Positions 29,095 through 36,929 of a stretch of 64,000 nt of DNA are shown here, in pieces. The position numbers and the translations under genes are program-made. The DNA comes from Candidatus Omnitrophota bacterium (GTDB taxonomy: Bacteria; Omnitrophota; Gorgyraeia; Zapsychrales; Fredricksoniimonadaceae). Position 1 is the first letter of the stretch. Every line of letters starts with the position of its first letter. The notes under the pieces were generated by a model, which was given only the letters and a program-made list of their open reading frames with translations, did not search any database and was not told the origin of the DNA. The stretch covers positions 16,872 through 80,871 of the forward strand of contig JADFYI010000005.1 of the NCBI GenBank assembly GCA_015233145.1. The letters are read 5' to 3'.

Positions 29095-29529
29095 TTGATG
29101 ATAAAAAGGGCAGGAGAGAATGTTATGCAGAAAAATTTGGTTAAAGTCAATGGTTGGGGCAAGCTGTCCGTAAAAACAAAAATATATCCATTGCAGACGA
29201 TTTATTCCGCCGGGTATGTTTTTATGGACAAGGCTTATATTTATCTTGATGAGGGGGGTAAGGACAGCGTCGCGGTGTGGCTTCTCCCGAAAGCCAAGGG
29301 AGTCAAAGTTGAACAATTGGCGTTGGAATTTTCTCAAGAATTGCTAAATTACGCCCATTATTTCTCGAGCCTTAAGGCCAATGCCGAGAGCGTAAAGATT
29401 CTTTTACAGCGCGCGCTTTTTTCAGCTTCTCCGTCGTTAGTTCAGGAGGCGGAGGAAAAGGAAATCAAAGACCTGATCGCTGAATTGGAGCAGGAAGAAG
29501 TGAAGGAAAGCAAAAAGGGGAAGAAATGA
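29095..29529 (+). CDS. hxsD: HxsD-like small protein (His-Xaa-Ser system), copy 1
   Basis: Position directly upstream of the rSAM pair. Pattern IYPLQTIYSAGYVFMDKAYIYL...ALEFSQELLNYAHY. Acidic/Lys tail. An internal start at MQKNLV is possible. Confidence 0.4.
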   Translation: MMIKRAGENVMQKNLVKVNGWGKLSVKTKIYPLQTIYSAGYVFMDKAYIYLDEGGKDSVAVWLLPKAKGVKVEQLALEFSQELLNYAHYFSSLKANAESVKILLQRALFSASPSLVQEAEEKEIKDLIAELEQEEVKESKKGKK

Positions 29530-29750
29530 CTCTGCCTTTTTTGAAAAAAGACAAAGCAGGAACTTGTGTGGAGCTTTCCAAGTCCTTTTATCCTGAAAAA
29601 GCTATAAGCCGTTTTAAGGAAATATATGGCGAGGAGCTTTTTTCAGTCAATGACCAGGGACGCTGTTTTCTGGTTCGGCTGAAACATGGCTCTGAATACG
29701 ACTTTTTAGAAGCGCTTAACCATCTTTTATATTTTGCCAAGAATGCCTGA
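29526..29750 (+). CDS. HxsD-like small protein, copy 2 (paralogue of the preceding ORF)
   Basis: Shares the FYPEKAI...FLVRL...FLEALNHLLYF pattern with copy 1. ATGA overlap with copy 1. Confidence 0.35.
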   Translation: MTLPFLKKDKAGTCVELSKSFYPEKAISRFKEIYGEELFSVNDQGRCFLVRLKHGSEYDFLEALNHLLYFAKNA

Positions 29751-30687
29751 CCAAGCGAACCAATGTTATACTTGTGGTGCGAGGCGTGTTGCCATTTTTG
29801 TAGGTTACAGTTGCAATAACAATTGCCGGTTTTGTGTTGTTGCCGACAAGCGTAGTTTTGCAGACAGGACCACAGAACAAATTCAAAAGGAGCTTAAAGA
29901 GGCCTATGCCGGAGGGGCACGGCAGGTTGTTTTTACCGGCGGAGAGTGCACCCTCAGGAAAGACATTTGCGGTTTGGTTTCTTTTGCTAAAAAGACAGGT
30001 TTTCCTTCCGTTCAAATTCAGACGAACGGGCGTTCTTTTTCATCCATGGAGTTTTGCAAAAAGATCCTTTTGGCAGGGATGTCGGTGTTTGCCCCTTCTT
30101 TGCACGGGGCTACGGCAGATTTGCATGACGAGTTGACATGCAAAAAAGGGAGTTTTCGTCAGACCGTGTTGGGGATTCATAACGTGCGCAAGCTTACCAA
30201 AGGCAAGCTGCCGATTCTGACCAACACCGTTATTGTCAAAAAGAATTACCGCTTTTTACCGGAAATTGCCAGGCTTTTGGCCGGCCTTGGGGTTTATCAA
30301 ATGCAGTTTGCTTTTGTGCATGCCCAGGGGAATGCCGGCCGGTTTTACAAGAGCGTTGTGCCGCGTAAGACCGATGTGGTGCCGTATGTCACAGAAGCGC
30401 TGGACATTGCGATTCGCGCGAAGATCGGCGTCATGACTGAGGCGATACCGCCGTGCCTCTTGAAAGGATACGAGAAATATATTGCCGAACCAGGCATCCC
30501 TTCAACGGAGGTCAGGGAGCAGGGCCGGCTGGTTGAGCGTTTTGAGGATGTCAGGATGCATGAGGCCAAGATAAAATTTCCTCAGTGCCGGCGCTGTCGA
30601 TATGATTCGATATGCGAGGGGCCCTGGAGAGAGTATCCGGTATTTTATGGAAATAAAGAGTTTCAACCGGTAACGATAAAAAAATGA
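29734..30687 (+). CDS. hxsC: His-Xaa-Ser system radical SAM maturase, HxsC-type (B/C assignment tentative)
   Basis: CNNNCRFC, FTGGECTL, QIQTNG, and a C-terminal CRRCRYDSIC. Translationally coupled on both sides. Confidence 0.6.
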   Translation: MPRMPDQANQCYTCGARRVAIFVGYSCNNNCRFCVVADKRSFADRTTEQIQKELKEAYAGGARQVVFTGGECTLRKDICGLVSFAKKTGFPSVQIQTNGRSFSSMEFCKKILLAGMSVFAPSLHGATADLHDELTCKKGSFRQTVLGIHNVRKLTKGKLPILTNTVIVKKNYRFLPEIARLLAGLGVYQMQFAFVHAQGNAGRFYKSVVPRKTDVVPYVTEALDIAIRAKIGVMTEAIPPCLLKGYEKYIAEPGIPSTEVREQGRLVERFEDVRMHEAKIKFPQCRRCRYDSICEGPWREYPVFYGNKEFQPVTIKK

Positions 30688-32090
30688 AAAAAACAAAAGA
30701 TTTTGTCATATTGCCGTTTAATTCGGCCAGGCTAAAAAACAAGTACCTGGTTTCCAATGTGCTTGGCGCATGGGACTTTCTGGGACCCGCTGAGTTTAAG
30801 CAATTCAGTGCTTTCGGGTTTTCCAAAGAATCTCCGTTTTTTTCAAGGCTGAAAGAGCGGGGGCTGGTGGCGGATGATTCGAACATCCAGTCGGTTATTG
30901 AAAGCTTTCGCAATACCAACGAGAATCTTTTTCTGGATACATCACTGCACATCGCGGTTGTGACAACCCGGTGCAATTTAAGCTGTTCTTATTGCCAGGC
31001 CAAGACGCCGCACCCCAAGGACATGTCTTATGAGGTGGCCGCGCAGGTTTTAAAGTATATGTTTGACGTGCGCAATCCTTCCGTGACTTTGGAGTTTCAA
31101 GGCGGCGAGCCGCTCTTAAATTGGCCGGTTGTCAAGTTTATGATCGAGAGTGCCAGAAAGATCAACACGACGGGCAAGAACCTTAAGATCACCATTGTCA
31201 GCAATCTTTTGCTTCTTGATGAAGAAAAGATGAAGGTTTTGGCAAAACACAATGTGGATGTTTGCACGTCTTTGGACGGCCCCCAGAAGATCCATGACAC
31301 AAACAGGATTTCCGCAGGCGGTCAGGGTACTTATCAGCAGGTTGTTCGAAAAATCAAAATTTTTAAAGATAAATTCGGAAAGTCGGTCAGCCTTTTACCA
31401 ACCATCACAAAAGATTCTCTAAAAAATCCCAAAGCCATTATCGATGAATATGTAAAATGGGGGCAGAAAGAGATTGCCCTGCGGCCTGTGAATAATATGG
31501 GCACCGCGTCTTGTTCATGGGCAAGCCTGGGGTATTCTCCTGAGGAATTCTGCGATTTCTACAGCCAGGCCATGGAGTATATTTTAAAATTCAATCAAGA
31601 GGGCATTTTTATCAGGGAGCGCACGGCAAACCTTATTTTGACAAAAGTCCTGGCCAAAAAGGACCATCGCTATGTGGACCTTTTGAGCCCCTGCGGCGCA
31701 GGCCGGCTGGTCATGGCCTATATGCCTGACGGCAGCTGCTATCCTTGCGATGAGGCACGCATGTTGAATGAAGACATGTTCAAGCTGGGGAATATTTTGA
31801 ATGAAAAATATGATGACATGATGAAGAAGGAAAATCTTTTACACTTGCTGGAAGCATCGTGTTCCAATTTGTGGAATTATGCCTCTGTTTACAGCCCCTG
31901 GATGGGGGTTTGCCCGGTTGTGAATTATGCGCTCCAGAAAAACGTTATTCCAAAGGTCGCCTGTTCGCCGATGCAAAAAATATTAACGTTTCAGTTTGAG
32001 TATATTTTTGGGAAAATCCTTAGTGGTGGGGATGTTCTTAAAACATTTAACCGTTGGGTTGAAGGAGAAGGCTATGGCCAAAAAAAATAA
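30684..32090 (+). CDS. hxsB: His-Xaa-Ser system radical SAM/SPASM maturase, HxsB-type
   Basis: CNLSCSYC, FQGGEPLL, SPASM block CGAGRLVMAYMPDGSCYPCDE...LGNI. Immediately precedes the His-rich peptide gene. Confidence 0.65.
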   Translation: MKKTKDFVILPFNSARLKNKYLVSNVLGAWDFLGPAEFKQFSAFGFSKESPFFSRLKERGLVADDSNIQSVIESFRNTNENLFLDTSLHIAVVTTRCNLSCSYCQAKTPHPKDMSYEVAAQVLKYMFDVRNPSVTLEFQGGEPLLNWPVVKFMIESARKINTTGKNLKITIVSNLLLLDEEKMKVLAKHNVDVCTSLDGPQKIHDTNRISAGGQGTYQQVVRKIKIFKDKFGKSVSLLPTITKDSLKNPKAIIDEYVKWGQKEIALRPVNNMGTASCSWASLGYSPEEFCDFYSQAMEYILKFNQEGIFIRERTANLILTKVLAKKDHRYVDLLSPCGAGRLVMAYMPDGSCYPCDEARMLNEDMFKLGNILNEKYDDMMKKENLLHLLEASCSNLWNYASVYSPWMGVCPVVNYALQKNVIPKVACSPMQKILTFQFEYIFGKILSGGDVLKTFNRWVEGEGYGQKK

Positions 32091-32370
32091 TTTCCCCAGG
32101 AAGAGCGTCCCTCAGTTCAAGAAATCTGTCAAAGATTTTCTGGCCGATGAGGACGGATTTGTGAGCAAGGAAACAATTCTTAAAGTGGGCCTGACAACCG
32201 TGGCAGGAATTGGCATGTTGGGTGCGATGTCTTCCGTTGGCAATGCCGGACATACGAACCATACAAGCCATAGCAATGCCTTGGCGTCTAACAATCCGCC
32301 GGCGGGACAATCGTGCGTAACTGTTTCACATAATAATTTTACGCCGCACACGAGTCATTCGTCATATTAG
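32074..32370 (+). CDS. hxsA: His-Xaa-Ser repeat precursor-like peptide (98 aa)
   Basis: GAAGGAGAAG RBS precedes ATG 32074. C-terminal GHTNHTSHSNA...SHNNFTPHTSHSSY. The track start at 31996 would overlap hxsB by 95 nt. Confidence 0.65.
   Translation: MAKKNNFPRKSVPQFKKSVKDFLADEDGFVSKETILKVGLTTVAGIGMLGAMSSVGNAGHTNHTSHSNALASNNPPAGQSCVTVSHNNFTPHTSHSSY
32251..32277 (+). repeat. Three tandem 9-nt units CATACGAAC/CATACAAGC/CATAGCAAT encoding HTN-HTS-HSN; a second patch HTS-HSS lies at 32347-32364
   Basis: Read directly from the sequence, in the hxsA frame. Confidence 0.8.
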
Positions 32371-32391
32371 AAAACAAGGGAAAGGGATGCT

Positions 32392-33129
32392 ATGAAAAGG
32401 CTTTTTTCTTTCGTCTGCGTATTTACTTTTTTAATGGCGTTTGCTGTTTATGCTCAATATAGCGATGGTTCGGATCAAAAAAAGGAGGACGCCCAGGTGC
32501 AGGCCGAGGACTCTCAAGACCAGCCATTTTTAGAGCAATTGAAAGCTTATGTGGCGGTGGCCAAAGATGACGTTTCCTTTTGCACGGGGCGGGTTTGCAA
32601 GGACAGGGCTGAAAGGATCCTTCAATTTAGGAATTTTGGAGAAGGGAAATGCAGCCAAGTTGTGGAAAACATGCGGGACCATTGCGAAAAATTCAAGTCG
32701 CACAGTTGCGCTGCATTTGCCGAGCCTAATGAGCAGGAAATGTGTCAGGGGCGTTTTCCTGGCAGTGTCGATGCCCTTTCGACAGTGCAAAAGAATTATA
32801 ATATGGAATCTCTCGAAGAGCTGGCCATGAGTTTTTCTGTTATCTTAGGGTACCAAAAGCATGATTCCGGTGCCTGTGAAAAACTGGTGACAAAATATAT
32901 ATCCAGCAAAAAACCGGAATATTTTTCTTGCAGCATCCTTTTTTCTTCAGATCCTCAGAGGGCCTTTGAAAAAATCGAAGCTGATTTTAAGCTTGTTGAC
33001 CTTGCCCGAAAAAGAAACGATTCCGAGATCTGCAAGCAAATCAAAGATCTGGCCGTTATGCAGGAATGCTACAGGCAGCCTTTTCAATCCAGGGCTGATG
33101 ACACGGCTTCCGATTCTGACAGAAAGTGA
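32392..33129 (+). CDS. Secreted Cys-rich protein (245 aa), unknown function
   Basis: Signal peptide MKRLFSFVCVFTFLMAFAVYA. Ten mature-region Cys residues in paired C-x(n)-C units. Acidic N- and C-termini. Confidence 0.5.
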   Translation: MKRLFSFVCVFTFLMAFAVYAQYSDGSDQKKEDAQVQAEDSQDQPFLEQLKAYVAVAKDDVSFCTGRVCKDRAERILQFRNFGEGKCSQVVENMRDHCEKFKSHSCAAFAEPNEQEMCQGRFPGSVDALSTVQKNYNMESLEELAMSFSVILGYQKHDSGACEKLVTKYISSKKPEYFSCSILFSSDPQRAFEKIEADFKLVDLARKRNDSEICKQIKDLAVMQECYRQPFQSRADDTASDSDRK

Positions 33130-33266
33130 GAGAAGGGTAATCCATAAGACAGCTTTTTATCTTTTTTTCTTTCGAAGTGTCTCCGCACAGTTTTCAGCAG
33201 TCAGTCTTTTATTTCTCTCAGAATATTCTCAGTTATAACAAAGTTTGAATAGCAGCAAAATTATTT

Positions 33267-34691
33267 ATGAATAAGAAGAGCCAATCTCAAGCCAAAACAA
33301 CCCTTTGGCAAAGGGTTGCTCTTATTTTATTAGGGGTGTTTTTGTCTCTTGTGATTTTAGAGACAGGGCTAAGGTGGGCAGGATTTGTATTCACATCTAT
33401 TCAGGGGTATCAAAATTGGCTGTCTGTCAGCCAAAAGGGGAGCTATCGGATCATGTGCCTGGGGGAGTCGACAACCGCAGGGTCGTATCCCCGGCAATTG
33501 GAGACGATTTTGAATGAGAGCGGGTTGAAAGTAAAATTCAGCGTGATTAACCGCGGCTACGCAGGGACGAACACATCTGTTATTTTAAGCCATCTTGAAG
33601 AGAATCTTGATAAATATAAACCGGATATGGTCATTACAATGATGGGGGTTAATGACAACCGGAATTACGTTTTTTATCAAGATAACGGCGGGGCAAAAGC
33701 AAAGGATTTTCTTCACTCCTTGCGGACATACAAACTTATGGCTTTGCTTTGGGCCAGCTTGAGGCCCAGAGTTGAGAAAGAAGACTTGTATGACGTTAAA
33801 AAAAGCGTGCCTTTGATGAGCTTTAATGATACGGAAATAAAAACCTATTGCAATCATCTTGATACGCTGGATGAGTCTTCACTCCAGTCTTTTCCCGAGG
33901 AAGGAAGGCTGGAGGCCGTCGAGCGTTTTTACAAGAAGCTGACAGACCTGTGCCCGGAGAGTGACAGACTGTATTATTTCAAGGGCCTGATTTATCTTGA
34001 AGAGAAAGAAGCGCGGGAAGCCAAGGTCGGCGAAGAATTTCTAAAGAAAGCCATTGAGATGAACCCCCGAAATTCCGATGCTTATACCATGCTCGGAGAA
34101 TGTTATCGCGACCGGAAAGAATATGATCAGGCCGTTGGATTATTGGAAAAGGCCATAGACGCCAATCCTCATAATGACCGCGCCTATACTTTGATGGGAT
34201 TGATATATTTAGAACAACAGAAGTATGCTGACGCCCTTAACATTTTTAAGAAGGCAATAACGTTTAACCCTAACGTGGACAGGTATTACGGCGGGCTTTT
34301 ATTGGTTTGCCAGGCCATGAAAGGGTGCAGGGATTCTCAAGAATATTACAGGGAGATCCAAAGGATAAGGTCAAGTTACTACAGCGCGGATACGGTCAAC
34401 AATTACCGCCAGGTTAAGAAAATTTTGGATAAAAGGGGTGTCAAGCTTGTTTGTGTTCAGTATCCGATGCGCAGCCTGGCACCCTTAAGAAAGATATTTG
34501 AAGGGGAAATAGGGGCCCTTTTTGTGGATAATGAAGGGAGTTTTAAGGCCGCAATACAGAAATCATCCTGGCGCGATTATTTTTATGATATTTTTGGCGG
34601 CGATTTCGGGCACGCTACCCAAAAGGGGGATGGGCTTTTGGCGAAAAATATTGCAGATTCGATTTTAAAAAGATATTTTAATTTGAATTAA
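33267..34691 (+). CDS. Membrane-anchored SGNH/GDSL-type hydrolase with inserted TPR repeats
   Basis: N-terminal TM. Block I CLGESTT, block III MGVNDN, block V DFGH. Central TPR repeats (AYTMLGECYRDRKEYDQAVGLLEKAIDANP...). Confidence 0.6.
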   Translation: MNKKSQSQAKTTLWQRVALILLGVFLSLVILETGLRWAGFVFTSIQGYQNWLSVSQKGSYRIMCLGESTTAGSYPRQLETILNESGLKVKFSVINRGYAGTNTSVILSHLEENLDKYKPDMVITMMGVNDNRNYVFYQDNGGAKAKDFLHSLRTYKLMALLWASLRPRVEKEDLYDVKKSVPLMSFNDTEIKTYCNHLDTLDESSLQSFPEEGRLEAVERFYKKLTDLCPESDRLYYFKGLIYLEEKEAREAKVGEEFLKKAIEMNPRNSDAYTMLGECYRDRKEYDQAVGLLEKAIDANPHNDRAYTLMGLIYLEQQKYADALNIFKKAITFNPNVDRYYGGLLLVCQAMKGCRDSQEYYREIQRIRSSYYSADTVNNYRQVKKILDKRGVKLVCVQYPMRSLAPLRKIFEGEIGALFVDNEGSFKAAIQKSSWRDYFYDIFGGDFGHATQKGDGLLAKNIADSILKRYFNLN

Positions 34692-34707
34692 AAAATATTA
34701 CCAAAGG

Positions 34708-36012
34708 TTGGCTTTTGTGAGCCTGGAAAAATTTTTGAAGATATTGCGTTTGGGGGGGGTAAACGTTTCAGAAAAGTTTTTCTCTATATTTCTAAACGTT
34801 CCATCCCGGGCCGTTGACCGGCAGATGCTGGATGTCTTACATAAACTTTTAAATGTTTACGGCCAATCTTATTTTATTGTTATTAAGGGGCTGCCTCCGT
34901 GTCTTTTCCCTCAGGCCCATGAACGGATTGTTTATGCGCGCCAAAAAGGAAAAATCTACCGGCGAATTCCTTCTTGCGGACAATGCCGGTTAAAACGCCA
35001 GTGCCCTGGCTGGTCTCATGACCTTAACCTGCCGCAGGAGGATATTCAGTCGATTGCCGACATCCCTTCAGAAATTGTTTTAGAAATTACTGGCCGATGC
35101 AACCTGTCGTGCGGCCATTGTACAAGCGCAATACAAACTGTGCGCCAGGTTCCTTTGAGAACCATCAAAACAATCCTTAACCAGGCCCATAGATGTCGTG
35201 TCCCTGCCGTACGATTTACCGGCGGGGAGCCTTTGCTTCATCCTGATCTTGCGGAAATCCTTTCTTATGCCAAGGCCCGGGGGTTTTATGTGCTTCTCAA
35301 TACTAACGCCACATTATTGACGCCTTCTTTTTTAAGACTTTTCTCAAGGTCCGTTGACAACGTCCTTGTCTCTTTACAGGGTTTTGACAGCGCCTCTGAC
35401 CAGGCGCTTACTCATTCAGCGGTTTCTTTTGAGAGGAAGTTGCAAAATATTTTTCTTTTGCAATCGTATGTTCCTACCATGCGCCTGGGGACCGTTATAA
35501 CACCGCTATTATTGGAGCATTGGCCGCGTTATGCGGCTCTGATGAAAAGAATAAAGCCATCTGCGTGGGAACTTTTTCGCCCCATGAGTGGCAGTGCCCG
35601 TCAGGAGCCTCCATTGACCAGGAAAGATTACCGCGAACTTTCCTTGAGGGTGTTGTCACTGAAAAAAGAGGGTATTAACGTCAAGCTCGCGAATGCGTTG
35701 CCGTTTTGTGTTTTGTCGAATTTGAGGCTGTCGGCAGCCCTGATGCTGGGGGCTCTTTCCGATGACGGCAACTCACGGCTTGTATGGGATGTGCGTGGTT
35801 TTTTTAAACCGAGTTATTTCATTGATAAGAATTTGGGAAAAAGTGTGATGCCCGCCTGGAGGCATTTATTCTTAAAGAAGTTAAAAAGCTCCGCTTATTT
35901 ACCAAAGCGATGCCAGGAGTGTGAATATTGGAGCTGGTGCCGCGGGGGGAGCCGCGCGATAGCTCTACAAGGCAATCATTCTTTTTTTGCCGCGGATCCT
36001 TTATTCGATTAA
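34708..36012 (+). CDS. Radical SAM protein with ~125-aa N-terminal extension and SPASM/twitch-like tail
   Basis: EITGRCNLSCGHC, FTGGEPLL, LNTNATLL. N-terminal CGQCRLKRQC and C-terminal CQECEYWSWCRGG. Non-ATG start (TTG 34708 or GTG 34717). Confidence 0.8.
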   Translation: MAFVSLEKFLKILRLGGVNVSEKFFSIFLNVPSRAVDRQMLDVLHKLLNVYGQSYFIVIKGLPPCLFPQAHERIVYARQKGKIYRRIPSCGQCRLKRQCPGWSHDLNLPQEDIQSIADIPSEIVLEITGRCNLSCGHCTSAIQTVRQVPLRTIKTILNQAHRCRVPAVRFTGGEPLLHPDLAEILSYAKARGFYVLLNTNATLLTPSFLRLFSRSVDNVLVSLQGFDSASDQALTHSAVSFERKLQNIFLLQSYVPTMRLGTVITPLLLEHWPRYAALMKRIKPSAWELFRPMSGSARQEPPLTRKDYRELSLRVLSLKKEGINVKLANALPFCVLSNLRLSAALMLGALSDDGNSRLVWDVRGFFKPSYFIDKNLGKSVMPAWRHLFLKKLKSSAYLPKRCQECEYWSWCRGGSRAIALQGNHSFFAADPLFD

Positions 36013-36866
36013 CGATGCACGATCATGATCAACCAGGTTAACAGGGGCGTATAGCTTAAAATGCACCCCAAAAAGAGAAGCGGCGCAAAGGGCACCCTGT
36101 CTTTGGAGTTTGTTACGCTTTTGGTGACAGAGTTGACGGAGTTATTGATGACGGCATAAAGAAAAATCATCCCCAGATAGACCAGCCAATTCGGCCAGAA
36201 AAAGAATTGGGGGGAAAAATGGGCCCGAAGGGTAACCCCTAAGATAAAAACAATAATGGCGACTGCCGGATATTTCAGGGATGAATGGATTGCTTTAAAG
36301 AAGATATTGATCAAAAGGTATAAAATAAGAAAAGATAAGAACCCGTATTGCGCTATTTGGAGTTTACTGAGGAGCGGAAAGGTTATCCAGGAAAGGCATA
36401 AACAGATGAGGACTGTTTTTTTGATTTCTTCACGTGTCTTTCGGGCGATTATTTTGAGAAAAATTCTTTTTCGGTAAAAAAGAGCATTTTTGATAATGTC
36501 AGGGATAAGAAGCACGAACCCGGCCATAAATGTGCAGGTAAAAAGGACAAGTGCGGGGACCGGCAATAAAAGTTCATATCCTGTCTTTGGCATAAGAAAA
36601 GAGTAAAGGATGAAGAGCTTCGCGTCGCCGGCTTCCCAGAATTTCTGCCAGTAGCAGAACGTAGAAATGGCAAGGGCGACCCCCAAGCTCGATAATGCGA
36701 AAAGCGGGAGTTCTTTCCGAAGGAAAAAAATAGATATTTGGAGAATTAATCCGGCCGCAAAAAGGAAGATCAGATGATTGTTCCGGACTTTTCTGAACGC
36801 GAAGTCAGTTGTGCTTGTTAAAATGCCTGTGAGGATAATAAGACCGAAGGAAATGTATATTAACAT
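36009..36866 (-). CDS. A24-family prepilin peptidase homologue (CpaA/TadV-like, no methyltransferase domain)
   Basis: Polytopic membrane protein. First Asp context TSTTDFAFRKVRN and second Asp in WEAGDAKLF (GxGD-type). C-terminal VPFAPLLFLG. Confidence 0.65.
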   Translation of the reverse strand: MLIYISFGLIILTGILTSTTDFAFRKVRNNHLIFLFAAGLILQISIFFLRKELPLFALSSLGVALAISTFCYWQKFWEAGDAKLFILYSFLMPKTGYELLLPVPALVLFTCTFMAGFVLLIPDIIKNALFYRKRIFLKIIARKTREEIKKTVLICLCLSWITFPLLSKLQIAQYGFLSFLILYLLINIFFKAIHSSLKYPAVAIIVFILGVTLRAHFSPQFFFWPNWLVYLGMIFLYAVINNSVNSVTKSVTNSKDRVPFAPLLFLGCILSYTPLLTWLIMIVHR

Positions 36867-36929
36867 GGGAAGAATTCTTTTTTATAAAAAATATTATAGC
36901 ATGGGGCCTGTCATTGTCAGGGAGGTTTT

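Noticed and set aside
31996-32073. Upstream extension of the HxsA ORF (track start 31996)
   Set aside because: It would overlap hxsB by 95 nt and has no RBS. ATG 32074 has a GGAG RBS and gives a typical precursor-like N-terminus.
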